From: Lophium mytilinum
Lineage: Eukaryota
Reading direction: 5' to 3'
Assembly (NCBI GenBank): GCA_010093605.1
Contig: MU004181.1
Location: forward strand, 2,294,001 to 2,358,000
DNA length: 64,000 bases
Shown: positions 12,520 to 25,054 of the stretch, in pieces
Position numbering within the stretch: position 1 is the stretch's first letter
Layout of the letters: every line of letters starts with the position of its first letter
Translations under genes and position numbers: made by a program
The notes under the pieces: generated by a model
What the model was told of the DNA's origin: nothing
Databases searched by the model: none
Seen by the model: only the letters and a program-made list of their open reading frames with translations

Positions 12520-13328
12520 TCAACTCACAGCCGTCAAGTTCACCCTACCAATCCATCCCCCTTCCACTAACCTCTGAACACTCTTTTCCATTTGAAACTG
12601 CACGCCCAGTCCCACCTGACCAAACCACGGCGCGATAGGGCCAGCCAGCACCACAAAAGGTACTTGCACCTCATACACATGATACTATGTTGGTCATCAG
12701 AAATTTGCTATACTTATAGCTATCAAAGCAACGGAAAGAGATACGAACATTCCATGGAAACTCCGCACCGGGCGCCGCGTCCAAATTAGTCGGCGGCAGC
12801 GAACGCTGCGCATACGGCGCGCTAGCGGGCGACATGAAATTCCCGCGTTCACTTCCGAAGCGATCAAGAAGCGTACCGCGCGGAAGCGTCATATTTGCAG
12901 CAATGGGCATGCCGGTAGTGCTAGTTTGGAAGCCATTGAGCGACGGGTAGACGAAGAAACCGGTAGCGGGGTCCGTGTAGCGGGCGAGGAAGTCGCCGGG
13001 ACACAGGCCGCCGAATCGGTGGTAGGACGAGCTGCTGCCTGCCAGTGAGGCTAGCGGAAGGGCGGTGGGGAGGGAGACAGGGCCGAGGCGGGGGTCTCCG
13101 CAGATGTAGAGGGTCGAGTTGTCCGTGGATTTCGTGCCGGCGCAAAAGTTGGGGCAGTGGGAAGGGTCGGTATCGATCTGAGGATGTTAGGATAGGATGG
13201 GATTGGCAACTTGGTCGAAGTTTACTCACATCTCGACGATTTAGAGAATGTCGCTGATGAGTGGGAACGGGTGCAGCAGCTGAAAACAATACGAAGAGCA
13301 AAGAAATGAGAACGAGTGAACTGATCAT
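12520..13328 (-). CDS. Secreted TNT-domain (DUF4237) NAD(P)+ glycohydrolase, fungal surface NADase family
   Basis: Signal peptide [20 protein letters not shown]; after splicing two introns, reads CGDPRLGP...RFGGLCP...[26 protein letters not shown]...YHVYEV...[16 protein letters not shown]; stop at 12520. Confidence 0.88.
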
Positions 13329-15188
13329 TTTAGAAAGTGATGATCGATTGTCAAGCTACACCCTTCGTCTAGTCCGCAGAAATGAGGCAAGTGTACAAAG
13401 TTCTTAATGAGCGTGGCAGCCACTTTATATGAAGGCAATGGTCCCATCATTGCAGCAACTAAACACAAGGCGCAATGCAAGGTGATCCAAAGCTCGTACA
13501 GCTTTTGATGTTACCTCAGCTATGGGCATCCTAGCTTAGGTAACTTGGCATCTTGTAGACTACTGCATACTTCGCCGTCTATTCCACTAGCTGAGGGGCA
13601 ATTCATCCACGAACAGTGACTGGTCGGCGAGGTAAAAGGGCTGAGTTGCGGTGAGTTCAGCTCTCTACGAGGACTTGGCATGCAGAACCATAGTCTGAAT
13701 CTTACCGCTTGACATTCGATTAACGACTTCGGAAGACCTTCAACTTCTCGAATAATACAGGCAGGTTGATGCGTTATCAGAACATGGCGTGGTGAGAATT
13801 ACAGCACGACCTAATTTCTCATTTTGAGTTTCCATCGACGCTAATACTAAGAGACACACCTAGAAAGACTGAAGGACCTTACTGGACGTAACGGTGATGA
13901 CGGTGTTATCACTAGTAGAAGCCGCCGTCTAGAACTCGTCTTAGTACAGACGCTTCATGGTCGTGTGGTGTTGAACTGAAGGGAGTGGGGTCAGGTGGGG
14001 GCAGGGGTGAATTTGTGCTGCAGCACTTAAAGCTGTCGAGCTACTAAATAGAAATAACACGAGAAGACATGAGTGATCTTGGCTCATGATTCAACAATAG
14101 GTGAAGTCAATTTGTTTACTTCAGAACTCGGATCCATCACTTCTGGTAGGACATGATGTGCAGTCTCCTTCATGGCCCGATCACCTACAGGGGATTCGAT
14201 ACGCGAAAGCATCTCAGTCGATAGTCCTAATCTTGTTGAATGCAAGCTAAGCTGAGGTCAAGTATAGAAGCGTAAAATGGTGCTCAGAATATCCGTCAAT
14301 TCAGAAATGCCTATCAAAGATATAGGGAATGATCCTTCGAAATTGAAAGTATACCATTTGCGCATAAAGTCTGAAGTATTACTAGTTGCTAAAGAGTGAG
14401 CCGTTTCTGGACCCAAGAACGCTTTATCTTAGTATATTCTTGATGGAATTGATGGAGAGATGTCCCATACTCCAATTTGGGGTACCTAATTCCAAAAGTG
14501 AAGGCACAAGCGATCGGACAAAGCCGGTGCGGAATTGAGGGGATCCACAATGCTCCCAGAGCGCTAGATTCAAAATGAGTTTCGCGCTTGTCGGTCAGGT
14601 TCCGTTGAGCCTCAAAGTTGGATGCATAGGGGCATCTGGTAGGTCGGAGACGAGGAAGTGGATCAAGATGCCCTTCACCCGCCACTTGGACGCCTCAAGC
14701 GCCTCTCCCTGGGACCAGTGAAAAGCCGCGCTCCCGTCGATGCTCCAGGTCTCCGGCGACCAGATCCCATTCGCCGGAGATTTGCGGGATGAACAGCTAG
14801 GTGCTGAGGTTCGCAGCTGGCAGGGCGGGTGAACAGATGAGGATGTCTAGACAGCACAGCTGTGTCTGCGTGGGCGTTGCTACCTGAGGATGACATGAAA
14901 ATTTGACGGGCAGCAAAATACCGCGTGGGTTGCTCTACGCCTGGCTAAAAAAAAAAGCCCCGTCTCGCGGCGGCGGACATGCAAGGCCGCTGTTTATTGG
15001 GACAGAACCTGGCAGATTCCGCTTATCTCGTCGTAAAAGCAACGACAAGGGTTGCTTAAGCTCCCATTTCGTCCCCGGGCGTCATCGCAAGCAACTTTTT
15101 TACTCACCACCACCCCATCTCACCCTTCCTATATCACCATTTACTCCCCTCTGCCATCTCCAGGCCTCCTTTGCCTCGAGGACTCCCA

Positions 15189-17140
15189 ATGGCTTCTGCG
15201 ATGCGCCCCTTTGCCGCCCACTCCGCCCTGGCCCAGCTCCAGCACGCCGGCCGCCGGACCTTCACCACTGCGCGGCCCTCAATTATAGCCAACAGGGCGC
15301 GCGGAGCTTCGCGTCCAGTTTTCCATCAGATCGCGCTACGGCAGTCCATACGGCGAGCCTCGACGGAGGGCCCTGCTGCCAAAAGCGCTCCGAAAAGAAG
15401 GTTCGGCGTGCTGAGATGGATGTGGAGAGCGACCTACCTGTCCGCCGTAGGAGGTCTTGTTTACACCGGGTATGGCATTTGGGTGATGCGAAATCCCAAC
15501 GACCAGCCCGATCCTGACCCAAGCAAGAAGACGCTGGTCATTCTCGGTACGTGAGCTGAATTGCTGGCATTGATAGTCGATTGACCGCATACAGGGACTG
15601 GCTGGGGAGCTGTTTCGCTGCTCAAGAAGCTCGACACCGAGAACTACAACGTCGTAGTAGTGTCGCCGCGCAATTATTTCCTCTTCACACCCCTGCTTCC
15701 CTCATGCACAACGGGAACCATCGAACATCGTTCCATCATGGAGCCCATCCGAAATTTCCTGCGGCACAAGAAGGCGGCCGTCAAATTTTACGAAGCCGAA
15801 GCCACGAAAATCGATTACCAGAAGAAGGTTGTGTACATCAACGATGAGTCAGAGATCAAAGGGAACTCGAGTGCAACAGAGGTCCCCTTTGACATGCTCG
15901 TTGTTGGCGTTGGAGCAGAAAACGCTACTTTTGGTAATATTTCCAGAGCGCCCGCTAATAAACCTATAAGCTAACATATTTCAGGTATACCCGGTGTGCG
16001 CGAGAACGCCCTCTTTTTGAAGGAAGTTGGGGATGCCCAAGCTATCAGGAAGCGCATAATGGACTGCTGCGAAACTGCTACATTCAAGGACCAGTCACAG
16101 GACGAGATCAAGCGGCTACTACATATGGTGGTCGTTGGTGGTGGCCCAACTGGCGTCGAATTCGCTGGAGAGCTCCAAGATTTCTTCAACGACGATCTCA
16201 AGAAGTGGATACCAGACATCAAGAGCAACTTTCACGTCACCCTTGTCGAGGCTCTTCCAAACGTACGAAGACCATACAAGTTCTAATAAATTTAAGCTAA
16301 TAAACTACAGGTTCTTCCCATGTTCTCTAAGCAACTGATTGAATACACTGAGAAGACTTTCAAGGAAGAAACTATCACTATCCGGACGAAGACTATGGTA
16401 AAGAATGTCACCGACAAGTACATCGAAGCCGAGTCAGTCGGGCCCGACGGCAAGAAGGTTCTAGAGAAAATCCCCTTCGGCCTACTTGTTTGGGCAACGG
16501 GTAACGCCCTTCGCCCGGTTGTCAAGGACCTCATGATGCAAATCCCCGCTCAGAAGGACTCTCGCCGTGGCCTTGCAGTCAACGAATACCTCGTCGTCAA
16601 GGGAACCGAGAGCATCTGGGCCGTCGGCGACTGCGCTGTTGCCAACTACGCACCCACCGCGCAAGTAGCGGCTCAAGAAGGCGCTTTCCTTGCCCGCCTC
16701 TTCAACCAAATGGCCAAGACCGAGGAGATTGACGAAGAGCTAAAGAACCTTTCGGCCGCCCAGGAGTCGGCCCCAAGCAAGGAAGCCCGTGACCAGGTCT
16801 TCACCGAGATCAAAGAACTCCAGAAGCGACTGCGTAGGGTCAAACAGATGGGCCCCTTCGAGTACTCGCATCAAGGTTCCCTCGCCTACATCGGATCCGA
16901 GAAAGCCGTTGCAGATATAAGCTGGTTGACTGGTAACTTCGCGACTGGAGGAACTCTGACCTACTTCTTCTGGCAAAGCGCGTATTTGAGCATGTGCTTC
17001 AGCAGTGAGTTCCCCGTTCCCAGTTTCAAAACACTCAAGAAGACGCCATACTGACCACTAGCACAGCCCGCAACCGAATTCTCGTGATTATGGACTGGGC
17101 AAAAGCCAAGATCTTCGGCCGCGACGTGTCCCGAGAGTAG
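15189..17140 (+). CDS. NDE1: Mitochondrial external type II NADH:ubiquinone oxidoreductase
   Basis: Mitochondrial presequence; LVILGTGWG, SPRNYFLFTPLLPS, VVVGGGPTGVEFAGE, GDCA and TAQVAAQEG motifs; C-terminal FGRDVSRE; about 4 introns. Confidence 0.93.
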
Positions 17141-17904
17141 AGCGATGGTTTACAGTCCTCCCCATCTTTAACCTCCGTCCCCCTCCCCGCTGAGCCAATG
17201 GGGTTGTAGAATACCTCTATACCTTCTCAAATACCTTCTGTAATGCTATGTCTTCACCTCCTTTCCCCTCTCCTTCGTCCTAATCTGGGCGGGTTTAGGA
17301 CTGGGCAACGAAATTCTCTAGAAACACGGAGTTTGGCTTTCTTCTAGCCCATTTTTTTCTTCTCTTTCTGGATTTGGGCGATGTTATAGAACAGATTGGT
17401 GCAATTGGCTAGAAATGTGTGTAGGTTCGATCTGGCGACTGTGTATATCTCGAAAGCCGGAATCATGATTCCTGTTCGTTATTGCATGTGGTTGAACAGT
17501 GTGGTTGAACAGTGTTGAAAATGACTGATTACTGAATGTAGCTGTTTAAGCGCTCGTAGAACCGGCGAGGGACGGCTGGTGGACGCGATAAATCACTGGA
17601 TGTGCGCGGAAAGGAAGCATATATCACATACTACCCCGACTCCGTCTACGCTCTACGTACGAACGCCGTTGGGAAATCCAAAATCAATGTGACAAGTAGG
17701 AAAGGGAAGACGGCCAATAGCACCAAACCGATGCAGGAACGCTCAGATGACCTGCCTGAAACTCGAGAAGAGTAAAGAAAAACTCTGCTAGCGTTCGTCC
17801 CTATACCTCTACAAAAGCTGCAGCGCGTATTCCATTCGCAACGTTCTCCAAATGAGCTTCGATAGTAAGCTATCAGGTCCGCATGCATGGCCCACAACAC
17901 CCGT

Positions 17905-19516
17905 CTAGATGACGAACTCGCTCAGCCAGTGCCTGACCACTATCCTTCCCTCGTCGAAAGACGGCTTGTTCATGCGAACAATGATGGCAGCGTGGCTGTG
18001 TCGGTGGTTATGGATGTAGACTGGGTACTTCGTGAACCCAACATCATCCAGCGCCTGGATCATGGCAAACTGATCCGGCGTGAGCGCCAGCGTAGGGAAC
18101 TCCAGCGAACGAGCCGACTGCTGTTTCTGCTCGACAACCGAATCGTCATCGCTAGCGCTATTATCGGTGGCTTTTCCCATCGGCGAGGTGCCTGCGCGGG
18201 AGAGTGTCGGAGAGCTAGGCGCGCTGCGAGGGGACGCTAGCTCCTCGCTCCCTGGTGGGAGGTATTCCTGGCTTTGAAGATTGTTCATGTTCTCGAACAT
18301 CTCCTCGGCTTCGCGACGCACGTCGTCGAAGATCAGCGGGATGCGGTAGCCGCCAATGTCGATGCCTGCTTTTCCGGATTCGTGCATGCGGATGCGTTGG
18401 CGGCTGCGCACGGACTGGAAGGCGGAGTTGAGTAGGAACACGACTGTGCCGACGGGGATCAAGATGGCGAGCAAGGCCACGAGGGGGACTTGGCCGAGGA
18501 TGGTGCGCGTGCTGCCGGCCAGGCGTGTTGAGAAGGCTGGTAAAGCTCCGGATTCTTCTTTGGGGGAAACGGGGTTGTCCGGGTCGAGGATGACTCGTTC
18601 AGTCCCCTCTACGTAGTTGATCTTGATATTATCTGGGTCCACAAAGGGGTCGATTCGGGATATGCCAGTGGTGTAGTATACGGCGGATCTATCGTTTACG
18701 ACGTTGGCGTAAAGAGATTTGTGTTTGAATCTTGACAGTGCTCGTATGAAGATGCTGTCTGGGTCTGCCAAAACCGATAGAAGCGGTCGCCCTGTTTCTC
18801 GGAAAGAATCGATAGTGAACAGCTGTCTTCCCGACATAGATAGAGTCCTCGCTCCCAGCACATTCCAGATGTGGTTATGGTATCCAACGAGAGGGGTCCG
18901 GACTCCTAGATGGGGAGTCGCAAAGGTCGTGAAATTCTTCGTGTTGTCAGCGAGAGCGTATGAGGGCTTCGAGTCGGAAACGTACAACTGGTTCCAACTT
19001 GTCAAAGTATCCATTATGATACAGAAGTCCAATGGCGTATCTTGCTACCAGACCACCTAGAGAGCTTCGCGCGGTCAGCGGGATTCTTCTTTCCACATAG
19101 AGACCACGTACTATCCCACTATACTGAGCTTCTTAATCTCGGTCCCATTCCTGGCATGATTCTCTAGCGCCTCCTCGATCTCCTTTGTGACGCGCTCTCC
19201 GCCCAATTCGATGCCATCGTAGGTGAAGCTCCCGGCATTGCGCTTGGCCACTAGAACGTGAAGTCTGTCTTCGGGGTACTTTTCCCGGAGGCTCTTCGCG
19301 AGGTATTCAAGATGCTGAGGGTTTCCCCAAAGCCTACAGCTAGCAGTTAGCAGTGGTCAAAGGTAGGCGAGCAGCAAAAGTACAGTGATTGTGCCTAGAG
19401 GGCTGGTCGCGTGAGGCCAGATGCTCGATGATGCACGCTCGCTGCAGCTATTCTTACCCATGAACAAGGACGCATAAATGATCGGCAGCGGCGGATTGAT
19501 GACTCGCGGTGTCCAT
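17905..19516 (-). CDS. DUF676 putative lipase/serine esterase (Rog1-like)
   Basis: Spliced translation HLCVLVHGLWGNP...TYDGIELGGER...IVGYSLGGL (nucleophile elbow)...NFTTFATPHLG...YANVVNDRSA...HSHAAII; 3 introns. Confidence 0.9.
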
Positions 19517-20354
19517 TCCTTGGGCGGGGGATTTCAGAATAGTTGAGTCTATACTGCCGAGCGAGAAGGGGAGCACTGTTGCGGTTTTAATACAGCGGGT
19601 GACCTCTCGGTCTCCCGCTCTGCCCGACTACTGTGGCGTTAACAATACCGGTCGGTGCTGATAACGCCGCTTAGGTAGGTAGCCGTCAGTGACGCGGACG
19701 AAAAGATCCTAGCCACTCGGGAGCCGTCGTGGGCTTCGACAGGGGCGTCTCAACGTTGCTGGAAGAGCCGCAACCACACCTCAGGGTCCACGCCAACTGC
19801 TATCACGAAAGAGAGGGAGAGTCGTTGAAAGCGATCCTGAGTGGAAAGACAAGCGAAAGGGCCTGTTGACTGGAGCGGACGGCGTCTCCTTCTTATCTCC
19901 ACGACTGGCACGGCTGCTCCTTTGCGCATTCCAGAGTTTCGCGCCAACAATCTCGGCCTTATCGAAAACACTGGCAAACATCAATCAGTCAGACGCCGCT
20001 CCTCCAAGAGGGTTGAGAGCACGTGACCAACGCCAGTCTCAGCTTGTTGGCCGCCTTTCACCGCCAATCATACCCTCTGAGTGGACAAAGTCTTCCACCA
20101 CTAGCCATCTCTCACTTGAAGCAGCCCTGGTCCATTTCAGTTGCTCTGAACCCTGTGAGGCCTCGTGTCCAACTCCAGGAAGGCTTCGTGTCTTTCCTCC
20201 ATTTGCTAGGGGCCAGAGGCATTTCACTCCGCAGCATACTTTCACTCTGCAGCCCAAGCACCGTTTGTAGAGCGTCCCCACGGTTGGCAACGGCCGCCGA
20301 ACTTCGGCCCCTGTTTTCCGGGGCCCAGGCAGAGCATCAGCTTAGCATCCAAAG

Positions 20355-22418
20355 ATGTGGTCCACCAAATGTCTATTCCCAAACGTCCCTTGTCCGGAGA
20401 GAGACACGTGCCGGTTACCGCATTGCATCTTCAGTCACGATGCTCCCAGGACGCCTCCGACGGGACCACGCCGTTGGGGAGCCGTTGGTACCAGCTCAAA
20501 TACTCCCTATGAGCATGGAGATCTAAAACGTCGAAGACTTGATTATGGTAGCAAAGCCTCGGTTTCGGTAGATGATTCGCCTAAACAGACGAAAGCAGAG
20601 CCAGTACCGTACTTTGGGTTTGTTATACCTAAGCCAGGCAATAGCACTCCTAGAAGAACAGTGAATGCAGGGGCTACTCGAGACAATGCACTATCAACAT
20701 CCAAGACATCTCTACAGTCGGCGAGAAGAAGTATATCACCGCCACCAATCTCTACTTCGAGAAAGATGGGACATGGACCACCACCTCGATCGAGCAAAGA
20801 TGAACCCAAAGAGTCCTTAATGCCACGAGACGTACCTAAAAAGCCGGCCGAATTTACAGTTCGACGCCAACTCATTATTCTTCTTCACCAGTATCTAGTC
20901 AAGCTCAACAGCGAGGTACTCAAGGTGTCAGATGCAGATCACAAAGCCCTTCACTTGACCGAGAATGAACTCATTCGACTAGCTCTTGAAACAGAGGAGA
21001 AGATAGCTCTGGACAAGCCCTTGGTCTATTCTAACATTATGAAGATGCGTATCATGGCATACAAGAAGATGTCTGTCGTAGATTGGGTAAAAGAACGACA
21101 CGCACTTCGGGAGTCTAAGAACAAGAAAGAGGAGCCGACCAAGAAGAAATTCGAACCAGTAGTCACCGGTCTGAGCCCACACGAGGAAGTCATGATGCTT
21201 GACCGTATGGTGGCGAGGCAACATGGATTGGACGCGTATGGCTATGTCACCAAAGCACCAACAGAGGAAGAAATTGGGACGGCTCAAGCAGGCATCGACG
21301 CTTCGCACAACTGGGAGGTATGTGATCGATGTGCCTCGAGGTTTCAAGTATACCCGGACCGGCGCGAGGATGGCGCTCTTACCACGGGTGGGAAATGCAT
21401 CCATCACTGGGGACGAAAGGTATTTCCTAGGAAACAGAAGACCGACCCACTACGTCCACAGCCGCTATACTCCTGTTGCAATGAGCTTGTTGGATCTCCG
21501 GGCTGTACGGTTGGAGACACGCACGTCTTCAAGATATCAGAGCCCAAACGCCTTGCAGCCGTAATGCAGTTTGAAGGAACAAAGTTCAACGAACACGCCA
21601 AACCAAATACAGCTGTCTGTTTTGACTGCGAAATGGGCTACACATGCTACGGTCTCGAACTCATTCGCCTCACGGCGACGTCATGGCCCTCCGGTGAACC
21701 TCTCGTTGATGTCCTCGTTCGCCCCATTGGCGCCATTCTCGATCTCAATACTCGTTTTTCAGGCGTACATCCAGCACATTTCTTCGATGCCCCGGAATAT
21801 GACCCCGTGAAGGTTTCCAAGGATCCGAAGACACTTCACATTGTCCCCCACCCAGCTGCTGCTCGGGATCTCCTTTGCTCCTACCTTTCACTCAACACTC
21901 CGCTGCTTGGCCACGCTCTCGAGAACGACCTAAACGCTGTCCGCCTCATCCATCCCACTATTGTGGACACCGTGCTTCTCTACCCGCATCCTGCTGGGCT
22001 TCCTATCCGAAATGGGCTCCGCGCACTCACAAAACACTATTTGGATTGGGACATCCAGCAAGGCGGCGCCGCCGGACACGACAGTCTAGAAGACGCCAGG
22101 GCAACGGGTGAGCTAGTAAGGTTCAAGGTCATGCGAGAGTGGAAGAAGCTACTGGAAGAGGGGTGGACGGTCAGAGACGGAGCATTCTATCCGCCCCTGC
22201 CTCCTGAAGCGCCGGGAGGTCCCCCGGGAGTCGCGTCGGAGCCTGCTCCCTTACCAGAGGCCGAGGAAGTCGAGTACGCCACGCGCAAGAAGAAACGCAA
22301 GAGGAGTATGGCGCAGCTGGACGGAGCCGCCGATGCTGACGACGATAATACGGGTTATAAAGACCCGGACCAAGTGCCTGAGAAGAAGGCGGAAGAGGAT
22401 GTCGGGAGCTTGTATTGA
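20355..22418 (+). CDS. REX3: RNA exonuclease 3 (DEDDh, Rex1/Rex3 family)
   Basis: CDRC...C.HHWG zinc region; FDCEMGYT, GHALENDL, DTVLLYP and GHDSLEDARA motifs; intronless 687 aa ORF. Confidence 0.92.
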   Translation: MWSTKCLFPNVPCPERDTCRLPHCIFSHDAPRTPPTGPRRWGAVGTSSNTPYEHGDLKRRRLDYGSKASVSVDDSPKQTKAEPVPYFGFVIPKPGNSTPRRTVNAGATRDNALSTSKTSLQSARRSISPPPISTSRKMGHGPPPRSSKDEPKESLMPRDVPKKPAEFTVRRQLIILLHQYLVKLNSEVLKVSDADHKALHLTENELIRLALETEEKIALDKPLVYSNIMKMRIMAYKKMSVVDWVKERHALRESKNKKEEPTKKKFEPVVTGLSPHEEVMMLDRMVARQHGLDAYGYVTKAPTEEEIGTAQAGIDASHNWEVCDRCASRFQVYPDRREDGALTTGGKCIHHWGRKVFPRKQKTDPLRPQPLYSCCNELVGSPGCTVGDTHVFKISEPKRLAAVMQFEGTKFNEHAKPNTAVCFDCEMGYTCYGLELIRLTATSWPSGEPLVDVLVRPIGAILDLNTRFSGVHPAHFFDAPEYDPVKVSKDPKTLHIVPHPAAARDLLCSYLSLNTPLLGHALENDLNAVRLIHPTIVDTVLLYPHPAGLPIRNGLRALTKHYLDWDIQQGGAAGHDSLEDARATGELVRFKVMREWKKLLEEGWTVRDGAFYPPLPPEAPGGPPGVASEPAPLPEAEEVEYATRKKKRKRSMAQLDGAADADDDNTGYKDPDQVPEKKAEEDVGSLY

Positions 22419-22954
22419 GCTCGAGGGTATTTGGTATTCCCGTCCCAGGAGTTCATCAGTATCCATATATTGCTTTCAGAGCTTGCGTGCATTTATAATG
22501 GTAACCGGGTTAACTAATCTAATCACATGTAGGATGGCGAAAAGCAAATTGAGGAGATCATATAATTCTATTCGGGTATACTCGTTGACGAAGTGACGTC
22601 TACCGACAGGACGAAAATCACATTGGCAGCAGTCCTGTGGATGTCTTTAGCGATAATATAAATTCTTGATGGCTGCCCAACTACCTCTTTTGCTCATAAC
22701 CCAGCCCTCTGTGTAGAGATATCTTGCCGCTCGTCCTCGTTCTAGCCGCGATTGTGAAATCGTCTCATCTTAGACGGTATGGCTTCATGACATCCCTGTC
22801 AGAGCGCATATTCCGTTTTCACCCATCACGTCGAATCTTTCAGCCCCTTCTTATATCATCAATCCACCAAGTGACACTCCATAGCACCCACTCCGGACCT
22901 AGGTCCCGCAGCCTTCATCTTCAGATTTCTCATCAGGTATAGATCAACCCTCCC

Positions 22955-23359
22955 TCACACCTTCACCTGCTCTAGTCCCTGCGCCCCCTCCAGGCTCTCG
23001 CTCCCGGGCATATCCACCACGTCCACATCCAACTCCCTCATCACCCCAATGACTACCCCCACGCTCTCAAAGAACCCGTTCACCGCAACCCGCAGCATGC
23101 GATTCGTCGTCGCAGAATACGAGACTTGCAGTACATTCTTAGCTCCAGACTCGGCGGTCGTGTCTGGTGCAACGAGCGTGAATGAGCGGCGCACGAGGGG
23201 CGAGAGTTCTTGGTCTACGGAGAGCGCACGCAGAGCGGTGTCGGCGAGGGCGGGGGTGGGGAAAGGGAGGTGGAGGGTTCTATAGCGAAGTAATTAGCAA
23301 GGAGCGCTGGAGGGTTTTACGGCGGTAGCTTACAGTTTGCAGGGAAATTCGTCAGCCAT
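22955..23359 (-). CDS. PCC1: EKC/KEOPS complex subunit Pcc1
   Basis: MADEFPCKL + intron + TLHLPFPTPALADTALRALSVDQELS...LQVSYSATTNRMLRVAVNGFFES. Confidence 0.9.
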
Positions 23360-23700
23360 GTTGATGATATTGAAGTGCGCTCGGTGGGGTGGTGTTGAAC
23401 TTCTCGGTTGGACTTGCACCGTATAAACGCCAAGCCGGGTAGCTCCTCCCTCCCCGCATATCGGTGAATGTCATAGCGTCATGATGCATCATCGGTGCTG
23501 TGAGGCTCTTTCCCGAGGTCTAGAGTTTAGTGGCATCGTCATGGGTGCTCAGCCCTGTCGTACGGCAGGTTTCGTTCGGTTCATTCAATCCAATTCTCCT
23601 CCACAATTTCCAATCCTCAGCATACTCTAGCAAGACCTCAACTCTCACTCTCAAACCCATTGATCTGGCTCAATTGACTCCATCGCATCAATCACCCAAC

Positions 23701-24174
23701 ATGGCCGCTCCATCCCCCTCAGAGTTCCTCACCTTCTACCGCCGCATCGCTCTCTCACCTACCCTCCGTCGACCTCTCACAACTACCCGCCCACTCGCAA
23801 CCCGCCCATTCACGCTCTCCACACGTCTGCAGATAGACTCTTCCGCAAAGACGGACAAATTCCCTGATGATGAGCACGCGACGAGCAAGAAGGATCGGCT
23901 AGATGTGCAGTCGGATTCCGCGCATTCGGGGAAGAAGTACGTTGAGAATCCGAAACATGAGAGCTTGAAGCTCGTGTTTGCATCCGAAGGGTGGTGATAC
24001 ATGACTGATTGATGCTGATTTCTTATGTCCAGCTCCAAAGCAACCGGTGAAGGCGGAACCGCGACGGAGCAGTCGGATAGTCAAGGAGCTACTGCGAAGG
24101 CGAAGAAGGAGCACCCTGAGGCGCCCGATACGGTTATTGGGATGCAGGATGAGAGGGGTGGGAAGGGTGGCTGA
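23701..24174 (+). CDS. Small conserved fungal hydrophilic protein with mitochondrial-type presequence
   Basis: Arg/Thr-rich N-terminus; DVQSDSAHSGK, intron ~23937-24032, then AKKEHPEAPDTVIGMQDERGGKGG*. Confidence 0.7.
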
Positions 24175-25054
24175 GGGTAGAGGGCATGGAAGCCTGAAGG
24201 TCATCACCACGGCTGGCGTGAGAATGCGGGAAGAAAGTGTAAGACTGCTGTTTTCTGGCGGATATGAAGTTCTGGAAATTTGGGACTTGCCAGACTTCGC
24301 GGAAGCTCATAGTCTCCTGCCTAAAGCTAACCTAGCATGGCTTTAAGCCAGAGCTCAGTTCAAACAACTATTCTCATGTTCTAGGGTCCAGGCTTGTGAT
24401 TCTCATCTTATAAATAATCGTCAATATCCATTTTTGAAGCACATAACCCTTTCATGCGGTTAGTTATCTAGCAGTGGTAATTAGATGGCGTTGCTTACTA
24501 GCTATATCCTTCAAGTTAGGCGAGGCAACAACTCATCGGAATGATTTCGCTCGAGAAGATGTTCGTAGCCTCGAATTTGCGATATTAAGAAGTAATTCCG
24601 GTTGCTAGCTAACCCCGCATTTCAGATGTCAACGTCAAGCTTCCCCGGAATCTACTAATGGTCCTCCCCGGATTGGCGCCTTGACCCTCTCCACCATTGT
24701 CCCGGGTTCCACTCACCAAAAAACCTAGAATAACGAAACCTCAAAGCTTCTTCAGTATGAGCCAAATCAAGTTCGGCATGAAACCTCAGCCCAGTCGACT
24801 TTTCTCTTCTTTTCACTACCACGGATGCGACATTAGTCTTCAAGATGAAATCCATCAGTGTGCTTGTCGAAATTCCTGAAGGCTGAAGCCTCAAATGCCC
24901 CGGAGGCATATCATCCGGCGCTCCGTAAACCCTGGAGCACAGCTTCTGCTTCCCCGGGATTGGCAGATAATAAGTGCTTTGAGCTATGCACTTTAATGAA
25001 GTGCTGGAGTTGTGCTCTTGATCAATAAACCAGTCGTCTTTCCATTCAGGAGCC

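Noticed and set aside
17487..17519. 14-bp tandem duplication gtggttgaacagtg
   Set aside because: Only two-plus units in a 3' intergenic region; ordinary slippage, not a CRISPR-like array.
19650..20350. GC-rich region between the lipase and REX3, considered as a structured ncRNA (RNase P/MRP, SRP, telomerase) or small ORFs
   Set aside because: No diagnostic conserved boxes or template found; best explained as divergent promoter/UTR.
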